Assembly: GCA_963798085.1 (NCBI GenBank)
Contig: CAWCRS010000007.1
Coordinates: 1 to 64,000 of the forward strand
DNA length: 64,000 bases
DNA from: an uncultured Gemmatimonadales bacterium
Lineage (GTDB): Bacteria; Gemmatimonadota; Gemmatimonadetes; Longimicrobiales; RSA9
Reading direction: 5' to 3'
The position numbers and the translations under genes are program-made. Position 1 is the stretch's first letter. Every line of letters begins with the position of its first letter. Positions 18,442 through 27,364 of the stretch are shown here, piece after piece. The notes beneath the pieces are model-generated. The model worked only from the letters and a program-made list of their open reading frames with translations. It had not been told where the DNA came from and ran no database searches.

Positions 18442-21285
18442 GACTGCGGCTCCGGTCGTGCCGGTGAAGAGCGCTGCCGGCGTGAGAACAATGAGTTTCT
18501 GGCGGAACGTCTGCCCGTTGACCGTGAAGATGAGCAGGTAGACGCCCGGTGCCACCAGTTCGGAATGGTCGTTCCTGAGATCCCAGCGGGTGTACGTGGC
18601 ACCCAGCGTCGCGCCGCACTGCACGGCCTGTGTGGCGCACAGGTCGATTACCCGCCGCCCCGTGACCGTGTACACCGCGGCCGTGCCGGGTGACTCGGCG
18701 AAATTGAAGACCACGAACGCGTGGCGCACGGGATTCTCGCTCAGCGACAGCAACTCCTGGCTGCGCAGCACCGTAGTGCTGGCCGGGCCGGACGCAACCA
18801 CCGCGACGGGTGAAGACAGCAGGTCGATTGCACCCGAATTGACGCCACGCGAGTGCAGCTCCGCCGGCACGAGTGTCGCCTCGAAGGTGGCGCCGTTGAC
18901 GGCCTGGCCGGACAGCTCCACCTCGAGGAACACTGGTGTTACCAGGAAGGGCGAGGCACGCAGCGAGTCGGGATGAAAGACGGCGCGTTGCGTGCCGCCT
19001 GTCAGCGGGAGCAGCAGCGAATCCACAGCAATGTCGCCCGTGCCGGGCTTGCCATCACCATTGTCGCGCACCAGCAGCAGCCTGGCACCAGGATCCGTGC
19101 CTTTCACATCGAAGCCTATGGCGGTGAGCGCGATCGGCTCGAAACCCTGTGATTCGAGATTCAATTGCAGTAGCGGCAGGCGGGCGCCGCGGCCACCCAG
19201 CGTGGGCTGTGAGGGTACGGCGGCAGCCGCGGTGACCGCGAGCGGCGAGGGCTGTCCATCGGAGAGCGCGAGCAGCGCCGCCTGCACGTCGAGTTTGCCC
19301 CAGCCCCACCAGTCGCCGGCCTTGCCGCCGGGCACCACGTCGTACGTGTTCGACGTGAACGCATCATGCGCTGCGCTGCCCGCCAGCGCGCCCTTCACAT
19401 CTTCCGGCGTCAGTTCGTGATTGGCGGAGAGCAGCACCGCGACCGCGCCCGTGACCTGCGGTGCGGACATGCTGGTGCCTTCCCGCGCCGCGTGCGCACC
19501 GTCCGGCGCGATGCGCGTGGCTGCCAGCGACGCATCGTGCGAATGCGACGAGATCACACCCAGTCCCGGCGCCGTGATCTCCGGCTTCATGCGTCCATCG
19601 CGCGTGGGGCCGGCGGCAGAAAACCGCGCGAGATCGCCCAGCGCCTCCCGCTGCGTGTAGCAGACCTGTCCGGTGGTGGCAACGCTGGGCCAGCAGAGTC
19701 GGGTCACGAATGCGCCCACTGTAATGGCGCGTTTGGCTGTGCCCGGTGAGCCCACCACGAAGCGATTGTCGAATCCCTGGCCGCCCTCCACCACCAGACC
19801 CGCCGAACCGTAGAGCCACATGTCGTAGGGACGACCGGAGCCGCCGTGCGCGGGCGTCACACGCAGCGTCCAGGTGCCGGCCTCGGGCACACCGCTGGTG
19901 TCGCAGCCACTGACATCGACGGCACCTTCGACATCGCCATTCTCCGGGTTCGTCCCGCCTGAGCCATTGTCAATGCGAATGCGACCCGCTGCGTTCTGAT
20001 CCGTCGTCAGCCCGCCTCGCACCGCCGTCGCCGTGCTGCCGCTCGGCCGCTGCAATGTGAGGGTCAGTGAATCCAGGGCGTCGTACCAGAAGCTCAGTTC
20101 GAAATAGGTGCCGTCGCAGTGACTGGCACCCGCCGTGTAGGGCGAGATGATGATCTGGAACTGCAATGTCGCCGTGCCCGTGGGTGTGCCGCGTGCGTGG
20201 ATCAGCTGACCCGGGAGCAGCGGTGTGGTGTTGTTGTTGACGCCGTTGTTCCCCGCGGAAATGACGACAATGAAGCCCGGGCCCGAGAGTGCATCGATGA
20301 TCCTCTCGTAGGTGCGGCTGCCATCGTGCGCGCCGAACTCGCCGCCCAGCGAGAGATTTGCCACCACCGGCCGGTTCAGGCGCAGCCCTTCCTGGCGCAG
20401 CCAGGTCAGGCCATCCACGATCTTGTCCTCGAAGAAGACGCCGGGTCCGCCATTGACCACGAGCAGATCGGCGCGCGGCGCCACACCGGCGTAGCGGAAC
20501 TGGTCGGGATTGGGACCAGGCGCCGAGCCATCGCCCGCCGCAATGCCGGCCACGTGCGTGCCATGACCGATGGTGTCCTTCTCGCGACAGCCTGCGGTGC
20601 CGTTGCTGTCCACCGCCTGCTGCACGCTCTCAGGCGTGCAGTAACTGCCACCCACGAAGCCTTCGGGCGGTGTGCCACCCGTGGTCTGGTCCCAGACCCC
20701 GAGCACGCGCGTCTTGCCCGACGCATCGATGAAGTCCTGGTGTTGCAGGTCGAGGCCGGTGTCGTAGAGCCCGACGATCGCGCCCTGTCCGGCCGCACCC
20801 TGCCACTCACCGTTGACCAGGGTGCGCAGTCCATCGACGTGAATCGCGCGACCGCTGGAATCGTCTTCCAGCCGCAGTGCGTGGGCTGCCTCGATGCGCG
20901 TGATGGCAGGCGAACGCGCCAGCGCGTCCAGCGCGCTCAGCGGCACGCGCGCGGTCGCGTAGCGATCCACCACCGAGCCCACTTCGCCGCCCAGCGCCCG
21001 CACTTCCGCCAGCGCGGCCGGTCCCGTGATCGTGAGGAAGACACCCAGCACCGGCTCGGCCAGTGCGCTGCTGCGCTGCAAGGCCAGCGATCCGCCGAAC
21101 GGCTGCGTCCCGGGTGGCGACAGCGGGTTGACCACGGCGCGCGCCAGGATGCGCGCGCGCGTGGCCGGTCGCATGACCTCGCGCAGCACCGGGTCCAGCT
21201 TCTCCACCTGCTGCGCCGCCGCGGGCGAAACGGCGCACAGGATGAACAGCAGCAGAAACAAGGGCCGGCTGCGACGCCCGAACAG
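18438..21285 (-). CDS. S8 (subtilisin-like) serine peptidase with T9SS type-A-like C-terminal domain
   Basis: Catalytic motifs GLYDTG, GHGTHVAGIAAG and GTSMSAP; signal peptide; CTD ENPV..VYTVTGRRV..WDLRN..VAPGVYL..KLIVL. Reads in frame into the PorV gene in this assembly. Start codon uncertain. Confidence 0.88.
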
Positions 21286-21305
21286 TTTGTTAGAAGGCGC
21301 CGGCG

Positions 21306-23157
21306 CTAGATCTTTTCCAGCCAGACGTGCCTGCCTTTCAGCGTATCCTGTGCCAGACGGTAGGTCGCGAGGTCCTCGTTGTGGAAGACGTCGTGGAAGG
21401 AACGCGCGACCCGGCGCCTCGCCTGACGGCAGAACACGTCGGCCAGCTGGACCGGGCTCCGGTCTTCGGGATGCTGCCGCAGCATCTGCTTCGCCTTCAC
21501 GCAGGCGGCCGACATGGCAAACAGCTCCGCACCGGCGTCCACCAGGCGGAACAGCACCGCCTGGCGCCGCTCCAGCCGGCCGCCGAAACGGCTCATCGCG
21601 TAGAACAGCATGCGGCCCAGCTTGCGCGACTTGCGCTCGATGAAGCGCATGTGTGAGGCCAGCGGTCCGAACGCACCGAAGCGCGGCCACCAGCCCCAGC
21701 CCAGCACCAGGCCCGGGAACCACGTGGCCATGTGTGCGCTCAGGCTGGTGAGTCCGCTGAGCTTTGCGCCCACACTGGCGTGCGGGTCCAGCATGGCACC
21801 CGCTTTCTGCAGATGCGGGTCCACCGCTTCACGCGCGATGAACAGCCGCATGATCTCGCTGGAGCCCTCGAAGATCGTGTTGATGCGCAGGTCGCGCATG
21901 ACCCGCTCGACCGGAATGCCTTCCTCGCCTCGCGAGATCAGCGACTCCGCCGTCTCGTACCCGCGGCCGCCGCGGATCTGCATCGTTTCATCCACGATGC
22001 GCCACGCCGCTTCCGAGTTGTACATCTTGGCGATCGCGGCTTCCAGCCGGATGTCGGACCGGCCCGCATCGGCCAGCCCCGCCGCCAGCTCGGTGACGGC
22101 TTCCATGGCGAACGTCGTCGCCGCCATCCAGCCGATCTTCTGCGCGATAGCATCGTGTTTGCCCACTGGCTGGCCCCACTGCACCCGCTGCCCGCTCCAC
22201 TCCCTCGCCACATGGAGGCACCACTTGGCGGCTGCCGCCGATGTCGCGGGAATCGTCAGGCGACCGGTGTTGAGTGTGATCAGCGCCAGCTTCAGACCCT
22301 TGCCCTCGCCCCAGATGATGTTCTCCCGGGGCACGTGCACATTGGTGAAGCGGATCACGCCGTTCTCGATGCCGCGCAGACCCATGAATTCGAGCCGGTG
22401 TGCGACCTCCACGCCCGCTGCACTGGCTTCCACGATGAACGCCGTGATGCCCGGGACGCCGTCCGTCCCTCGCCGGCGTGCGCGCCATCACCACCATCAC
22501 GTCGGCTATCGGACCGTTCGTGCACCACAGTTTCTCGCCGTTCAGCACGAAGGCGCTGCCGTCTTCCGTGGGCGTCGCCGTCGCGCCCATGCGCGCAGGA
22601 TCCGAACCCACATCCGGTTCCGTCAGTGCGAACGCAGAAATGTCGCCCTGCGCCAGCCGCGGCAGGTACTTCTTCTTCTGCTCCTCCGAGCCGAACATCT
22701 TGAGCGGCTGCGGTACGCCGATCGACTGGTGCGCCGACAGCAGCACGCCAATCGCGCCGCAGCACGTGCTGATCTGCGCCATGGCGCGGTTGTAGCTCGT
22801 CTGCGAGAGCCCCAGTCCGCCGTACTCGCGCGGGATCTTGATGCCGAACGCGCCAATGTGGCGCAGCCCATCGATCACCGCTTCCGGCACCTTGCCCGTG
22901 CGCTCGATCTCCGCGGAATCCACGGTCGCCGCGAATGTGTTCAGCTTGTCGAAGAAGACCTGCGCTCTCGCCTGCTCGTCCGCATCGGGCTGCGGCGGCG
23001 GATCGATCAGGTCCAGCCGGAGCCGTCCCAGAAACAGCTCGCGCACGAAGCTCGGCTGCAGCCACTCCGTCTCTCGCGCCGCCTCCGCAACCTGCCTCGC
23101 CTCCTGCTCGCTCACGCCCGCGCGCTGCGCCGGCGCCTTCTCAGCCGTTGTACTCAT
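21306..23157 (-). CDS. Long acyl-CoA dehydrogenase (one frameshift at ~22460)
   Basis: SAHQSIG, AFALTEPDVGSD, LNGEKLWCTNG, QIRGGRGY and RDLRINTIFEGSSEI. Confidence 0.92.
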
Positions 23158-23265
23158 GCCCCACCATCCAGCCCAGTGTGTCGAAACCCACCCCAGTCAT
23201 TCCCACCATCCAGCCGCTCCATCCGTTTCGTCCAAACACCGCGTTGCCCATGGCCCATTCCGTTT

Positions 23266-23311
23266 CCGTTCCCCAGCAGCCAGCCCGAGCCCCAGCCCCA
23301 GCAACGCCGTT
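23266..23311 (+). repeat. Dispersed intergenic repeat copy
   Basis: ccgttccccagcagccagcccgagccccagccccagcaacgccgtt; same family as the copies at 31127-31512, 49820-49919 and 51483-51509. Confidence 0.75.
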
Positions 23312-23313
23312 AC

Positions 23314-24483
23314 TCAGTCAAGGATGTACTTCGCAATCGTCTGCATCTGCATGTTGCTCGTGCCTTCGTAGATGGTTCCGATCTTGGCATCGCGGTACAG
23401 CTTCTCGATCGGGTATTCGCGGGTGAAGCCGTTGCCGCCATAGAGGTCGATGCAGCGCGATGCCACCTGTTGCGCCATTTCGGAGGAGAAGAGCTTGGCC
23501 ATGGCGGCCTCGACCACAAAGGGGTGGCCGGCGTCCTTCAGGCGGGCCGCGTTGTAGACCATCAGGCGGGCGGCCTCGAGCTGTGTGCGCAGCTCGGCCA
23601 GCTGGAACTGCACACCCTGGAACTGCGCGATCGAGCGGCCGAACTGTTCGCGCTCCTTCACATAACGCAGTGTCTGGTCGAGCGCGCCCTGCGCCAGCCC
23701 GATCATCTGCGCGCCAATGCCGATGCGCCCTTCGTTCAGCGTCTCGATGGCGATCTTGTAGCCCTTGCCCACATCGCCCAGCACATTGTCCACAGGCACC
23801 AGGCAGTCGTCGAGGATCAGCTCGACCGTCGAGGACGCGCGGATGCCCAGCTTGTCTTCCTTCTTGCCCACACCGAAGCCGGGGAACTCGCGCTCCACGA
23901 CGAAGGCCGTGATGCCGCGGTAGCCGGCGCTCGGATCCACCGTCGCGAACACAATGAAGAGGCCCGCCTCGGCGCCATTGGTGATCCAGAGTTTGCGGCC
24001 CGTGAGGCGCCAGCCGTCGTCGGTACGCGTGGCGCGCGTCTGCAGTGCGAACGCATCGGAGCCGGACCCCGCCTCGGAAAGCGCGTACGAGCCCACTGTG
24101 TCCGATGCCAGGCGAGGCAGGTACGCAGCCTTGAGCGGGTCGGCGGCGTAGCGCAGAAGGCAGTTGTTGACCAGCGTGTTCTGCACGTCCACGAACACGC
24201 CCACGCTGGGATCCACGCGCGACAGCTCTTCCACGATCAGCACGGCGGTGAAGAACGAGGCCCCGGCGCCGCCCATGCTGTCCGGGATCTCGACGCCCAT
24301 GAGGCCCAGCTCGAAGAACTGCGGGACCAGGTCGGGATCCATGGTCGCGTGCTCGTCCATGCGCGACACGCGAGGGGTGATCGTCTCCTCCGCGAACTGC
24401 CGGACCGTGTCACGGAACATCTGCTCTTCTTCGCTCAGCATCGTGAGTGGCGGACGGGCGGTATCCGGCAGTATCACCGGCAT
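23314..24483 (-). CDS. Short/branched-chain acyl-CoA dehydrogenase
   Basis: SYALSEAGSGSDAF, KLWITNG, KEDKLGIRAS, LNEGRIGIGAQ and YRDAKIGTIYEGTSN. Confidence 0.95.
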   Translation of the reverse strand: MPVILPDTARPPLTMLSEEEQMFRDTVRQFAEETITPRVSRMDEHATMDPDLVPQFFELGLMGVEIPDSMGGAGASFFTAVLIVEELSRVDPSVGVFVDVQNTLVNNCLLRYAADPLKAAYLPRLASDTVGSYALSEAGSGSDAFALQTRATRTDDGWRLTGRKLWITNGAEAGLFIVFATVDPSAGYRGITAFVVEREFPGFGVGKKEDKLGIRASSTVELILDDCLVPVDNVLGDVGKGYKIAIETLNEGRIGIGAQMIGLAQGALDQTLRYVKEREQFGRSIAQFQGVQFQLAELRTQLEAARLMVYNAARLKDAGHPFVVEAAMAKLFSSEMAQQVASRCIDLYGGNGFTREYPIEKLYRDAKIGTIYEGTSNMQMQTIAKYILD

Positions 24484-24599
24484 GCGGACTCCTTGCGTTT
24501 TCAGGGCGGCGGAAATGCTGGAGGCGGATGCCGAATTGTAGTTTCGACTGTGTTACCCGGCCAGAGGCCACGGCTTCCCGGCGTGCGGGGAAAAGCCTG

Positions 24600-24640
24600 A
24601 TAAACAGGAGCGCCGCACGAGCCAGGCCCGGCGGCGCTCC
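24600..24640 (-). terminator. Intrinsic terminator-like hairpin
   Basis: Perfect 10-bp stem GGAGCGCCGC/GCGGCGCTCC, extendable with a G.U pair on the minus strand, followed by TGTTTA. Confidence 0.65.
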
Positions 24641-24716
24641 CTTCTCCCGCAACCCGACGCGAAGCCGTTCACGCGGCGTGGTAGCGGACAGGCTTACGTA
24701 TTCTCGCTGCTCTCGG

Positions 24717-24779
24717 CTACCTGCCGATTCGGCGATCGCTTGCCCGTGTCGGGTTACGAGAAGTACTCGAACTGGCCAA
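24717..24779 (-). CDS. Putative 20-aa small ORF MASSSTSRNPTRASDRRIGR
   Basis: AAGGAGGTGATCC (13-nt complement of the 16S 3' end) with GGAGG 7 nt before a TTG start; TAG stop. Confidence 0.5.
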   Translation of the reverse strand: MASSSTSRNPTRASDRRIGR

Positions 24780-24916
24780 GGGATCACCTCCTTCGTTCAG
24801 TGGATGTATGGGCTCAACGCCAGCGGGCTCGCTATCGCGTCCCGCGGTCCGCCGCCGCTTCGCTCCTGGCGCCCCGGCGACGGCCCATGCCCGCGTTGCC
24901 GCGAGCAACCGCCAGA

Positions 24917-24945
24917 ACACTAAACGACGGCTGTGCACATGGCAA
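24917..24945 (-). promoter_or_regulatory. Sigma70-type promoter
   Basis: TTGCCA-17 nt-TAGTGT on the minus strand. Confidence 0.55.
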
Positions 24946-25035
24946 GCCACACTTGCCGGAGGCGTGCACCCCGGTTCAACTTGCGGCCCGCTCGCGAGGC
25001 TGCACGAGAACACGACCGCAGAGGAACCCGCTGCA

Positions 25036-25269
25036 ATGGACGCAGACCGGCTCGACTCGCTGACCGACCTCGTGCGCCGAGTCCGTCATGACGCCAGCGG
25101 TTCGCTCACCGTTGCGCTCGGCCACATTCGCCTGCTCCTCAATGGACCCGCCGCGCTGAACGAAGACGCACAGCGCAGTCTGCGCGTGGTCGAGGAAGAG
25201 CTGCGCCGCATCGTCGCCACCCTGCGCCGTCTCGACGCACCGCGCGCCGTACCGCCGCGCGAGGGCTGA
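25036..25269 (+). CDS. Stand-alone HisKA (dimerization/phospho-acceptor)-like protein
   Basis: 77 aa, RVRHDASGSLTVALGHIRLLL H-box-like helix plus a second helix; GAGGA SD. Confidence 0.65.
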   Translation: MDADRLDSLTDLVRRVRHDASGSLTVALGHIRLLLNGPAALNEDAQRSLRVVEEELRRIVATLRRLDAPRAVPPREG

Positions 25270-25295
25270 AGCCGGCCCGCGACCCGCCCTCGCGC

Positions 25296-25325
25296 TTGAC
25301 GCTGTCTTCGCGCGTCGCCTATTCT
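25296..25325 (+). promoter_or_regulatory. Sigma70-type promoter of the gcvH operon
   Basis: TTGACG-18 nt-TATTCT. Confidence 0.5.
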
Positions 25326-25367
25326 CAGCCCGACCCGCAGTTCAACGACATGCGCACGGGAGGCCGA

Positions 25368-25760
25368 ATGTCCGACATCCCAGCCGACCTTCTTTACACG
25401 GAAGAACACGAGTACCTGAAACCGACCGGCGAAAATGATGTGTATTTCGTCGGCATTACCGATTACGCGCAGGGTGAGCTGGGCGACATCGTGTTCGTCG
25501 AGCTGCCTGCAGCCGGTACGAGCTTCGGCCGCATGGACACGTTCGGCACGGTCGAGGCCGTGAAGGCAGTGAGCGATCTCTACCTGCCCGTGGCTGGTGA
25601 GGTCGTCGGCGTCAATGCCGCCCTCGCCGACAACCCCGCGCTCGTCAACACCGATCCCTACGGTGAAGGCTGGATGATCCGCCTGCGCATCAGCAGCGCG
25701 ACCGATCTCGATCAGCTGCTGGGCGCCGACGAGTATCGCAGTCACGTGGGAGAAAGCTGA
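25368..25760 (+). CDS. gcvH: Glycine cleavage system H protein
   Basis: YTEEHEY, VGITDYAQGELGDIVFVELP, EAVKAVSD (lipoyl Lys) and VNTDPYGEGW. Confidence 0.97.
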   Translation: MSDIPADLLYTEEHEYLKPTGENDVYFVGITDYAQGELGDIVFVELPAAGTSFGRMDTFGTVEAVKAVSDLYLPVAGEVVGVNAALADNPALVNTDPYGEGWMIRLRISSATDLDQLLGADEYRSHVGES

Positions 25761-25767
25761 GGCGCAA

Positions 25768-26454
25768 ATGGCGAAGTTGACGTGGCACGGCCATTCCTGC
25801 TTCGAGCTGGCCACGGACAACGGCGAAACCATCGTCTTCGATCCGTTCCTCGATGACAACCCCGCCGCCGACATCAAACGCGCCGCCCTGCGCAAGGTCG
25901 ATTACGTACTCTGCAGTCACGGCCACTGGGATCATTTCGCCAATGCCATTCCGCTGGCGCAGCAGACCGGCGCCATGATGATCGGCACCTTCGAGCTGAT
26001 CAGCTTCGTGCAGTCGAAAGGCGTCAAGAACACGCACGCGCTGCACATCGGCGGCGGCGCGCACTTTTCCTTCGGCTACGCGCGCATGACACCCGCCATG
26101 CACGGCGGCGCGATTGACGGCGATGACGGCACCCACACCACGCACGCCGGCGGCTTCTGGCTCGACCTGAAGAGCGGCAAACGCGTCTACTTCGCGGGCG
26201 ACACTGCACTGCTCATGGACATGCAGCTGCTGCAGGGTCGCGTCGACGTCGCGCTGCTGCCCATTGGCGACAACTTCACCATGGGCCCGGACGAAGCCGC
26301 GCGCGCTGTGGATCTGATCCGCCCGCGCGTCGTCATTCCCATGCACTACAACACCTGGGACATCATCAGGCAGGATCCCGACGACTTCGCTCGCAGGGTG
26401 GGCGCGCTCGCGGAAGTGCGCGTGCTGAAGGTCGGCGGCGCGTACGAATTCTGA
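25768..26454 (+). CDS. Metal-dependent hydrolase, MBL fold (UPF0173-like)
   Basis: WHGHSCF, DPFL, SHGHWDH, YFAGDT, LLPIGDNFTMGP and IPMHYNT. Confidence 0.92.
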   Translation: MAKLTWHGHSCFELATDNGETIVFDPFLDDNPAADIKRAALRKVDYVLCSHGHWDHFANAIPLAQQTGAMMIGTFELISFVQSKGVKNTHALHIGGGAHFSFGYARMTPAMHGGAIDGDDGTHTTHAGGFWLDLKSGKRVYFAGDTALLMDMQLLQGRVDVALLPIGDNFTMGPDEAARAVDLIRPRVVIPMHYNTWDIIRQDPDDFARRVGALAEVRVLKVGGAYEF

Positions 26455-26494
26455 GCGTGGCGCTGCACCGCAGCGGCGCGCGCATGGAGCAACG

Positions 26495-27364
26495 GTGCAG
26501 CACTGGCGGCTGATCGTGGATGCGCCGGCCAGCGGCGCAGCGAACATGGCGAGGGATGTGTCGCTCTTCGAGGGCGTGCAGGCGGGGGGCCGACCGGTCC
26601 TTCGCCTGTATCGCTGGCAGCCCGCGTGTCTCTCGTTCGGTCGCAACCAGCACGCAGCCGGCCTGTGCGATGTGCCACTCGCTGCGGCACAGGGGATCGA
26701 CATCGTGCGCCGGCCGACGGGCGGCCAGGCCGTTTTTCATCATCACGAGCTGACGTACGCGGTCGCGCTACCCGTCGCCGCACTGGGTGGACCGCGCGCC
26801 ACCTACGCCGCCATCAATCGCGCTCTCGCCCGCGGTCTGCGCCGGCTGGGCATCGCCGCGGTCACACAGGACAGCGAAGTACCGCTCAGCGGATTGCAGG
26901 CGACGATGGGTGTGCCGGCCGCCGCACGTTCCCCCGGGCGCCCGAGCGCTCCGCGCTTCGCGGCACTTGCTGACACGCGTGTCAGCATCGCCACACTGCC
27001 GCACCCCTGCTTCCAGCAAGCCGCGCCCGGCGAAGTCACCGTGGCCGGACGCAAGCTGGTGGGCAGCGCCCAGCGCTGCGAGCGCCACACCATCCTTCAG
27101 CACGGCTCCATACTGCTGCGCGACGATCAGGCTGTCGTACTCCACCTGATGGGTGGCAGTGCGGATGCGCCGGCCGCTGTCGGTATTGGCGATCTGCTCG
27201 CGCACGAGCCCACGCCGCAAACACTCAGGCAGGCGATCGTCGCCGGCTTCAGGGAAGAGCTGGAATGCGACGTCACGGCGGACGGACTCACACGCGTCGA
27301 GCGGGCGAGAGCGTTGCAGCTGGAATCACATTTTGCAGGCAGGGCGTGGACGTGGCGGCGGTGA
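26495..27364 (+). CDS. Lipoate-protein ligase / octanoyltransferase (LipM-like)
   Basis: NMARD, LRLYRW, VRRPTGGQAVFH, GRKLVGSAQ and LQHGSI. Confidence 0.9.
   Translation: MQHWRLIVDAPASGAANMARDVSLFEGVQAGGRPVLRLYRWQPACLSFGRNQHAAGLCDVPLAAAQGIDIVRRPTGGQAVFHHHELTYAVALPVAALGGPRATYAAINRALARGLRRLGIAAVTQDSEVPLSGLQATMGVPAAARSPGRPSAPRFAALADTRVSIATLPHPCFQQAAPGEVTVAGRKLVGSAQRCERHTILQHGSILLRDDQAVVLHLMGGSADAPAAVGIGDLLAHEPTPQTLRQAIVAGFREELECDVTADGLTRVERARALQLESHFAGRAWTWRR

Noticed and set aside
21286..21723. N-terminal extension of the 1424-aa ORF
   Set aside because: Overlaps the acyl-CoA dehydrogenase 3' end in another frame; the real signal peptide starts at ~21285.
21610..24600. 996-aa plus-strand ORF
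   Set aside because: Antisense shadow of two acyl-CoA dehydrogenase genes in GC-rich DNA; no protein motifs.
24781..24793. GGATCACCTCCTT identical to the 16S rRNA 3' end
   Set aside because: Only 13 nt; the upstream sequence lacks the 16S helix 44/45 (GTAACAAGGTAGCCGTA). Better explained as an SD on the minus strand.
24694..24801. Short matches to the ONT adapter (TTACGTATT, CTTCGTTCAGT)
   Set aside because: The pieces are 100 nt apart, in the wrong order, in clean sequence with coherent flanks. Probably chance, but read mapping should confirm.
24600..24910. tmRNA, because of the AA-stop reading frame
   Set aside because: No tRNA-Ala-like acceptor ends (GGGG...CCACCA) or T-loop were found.
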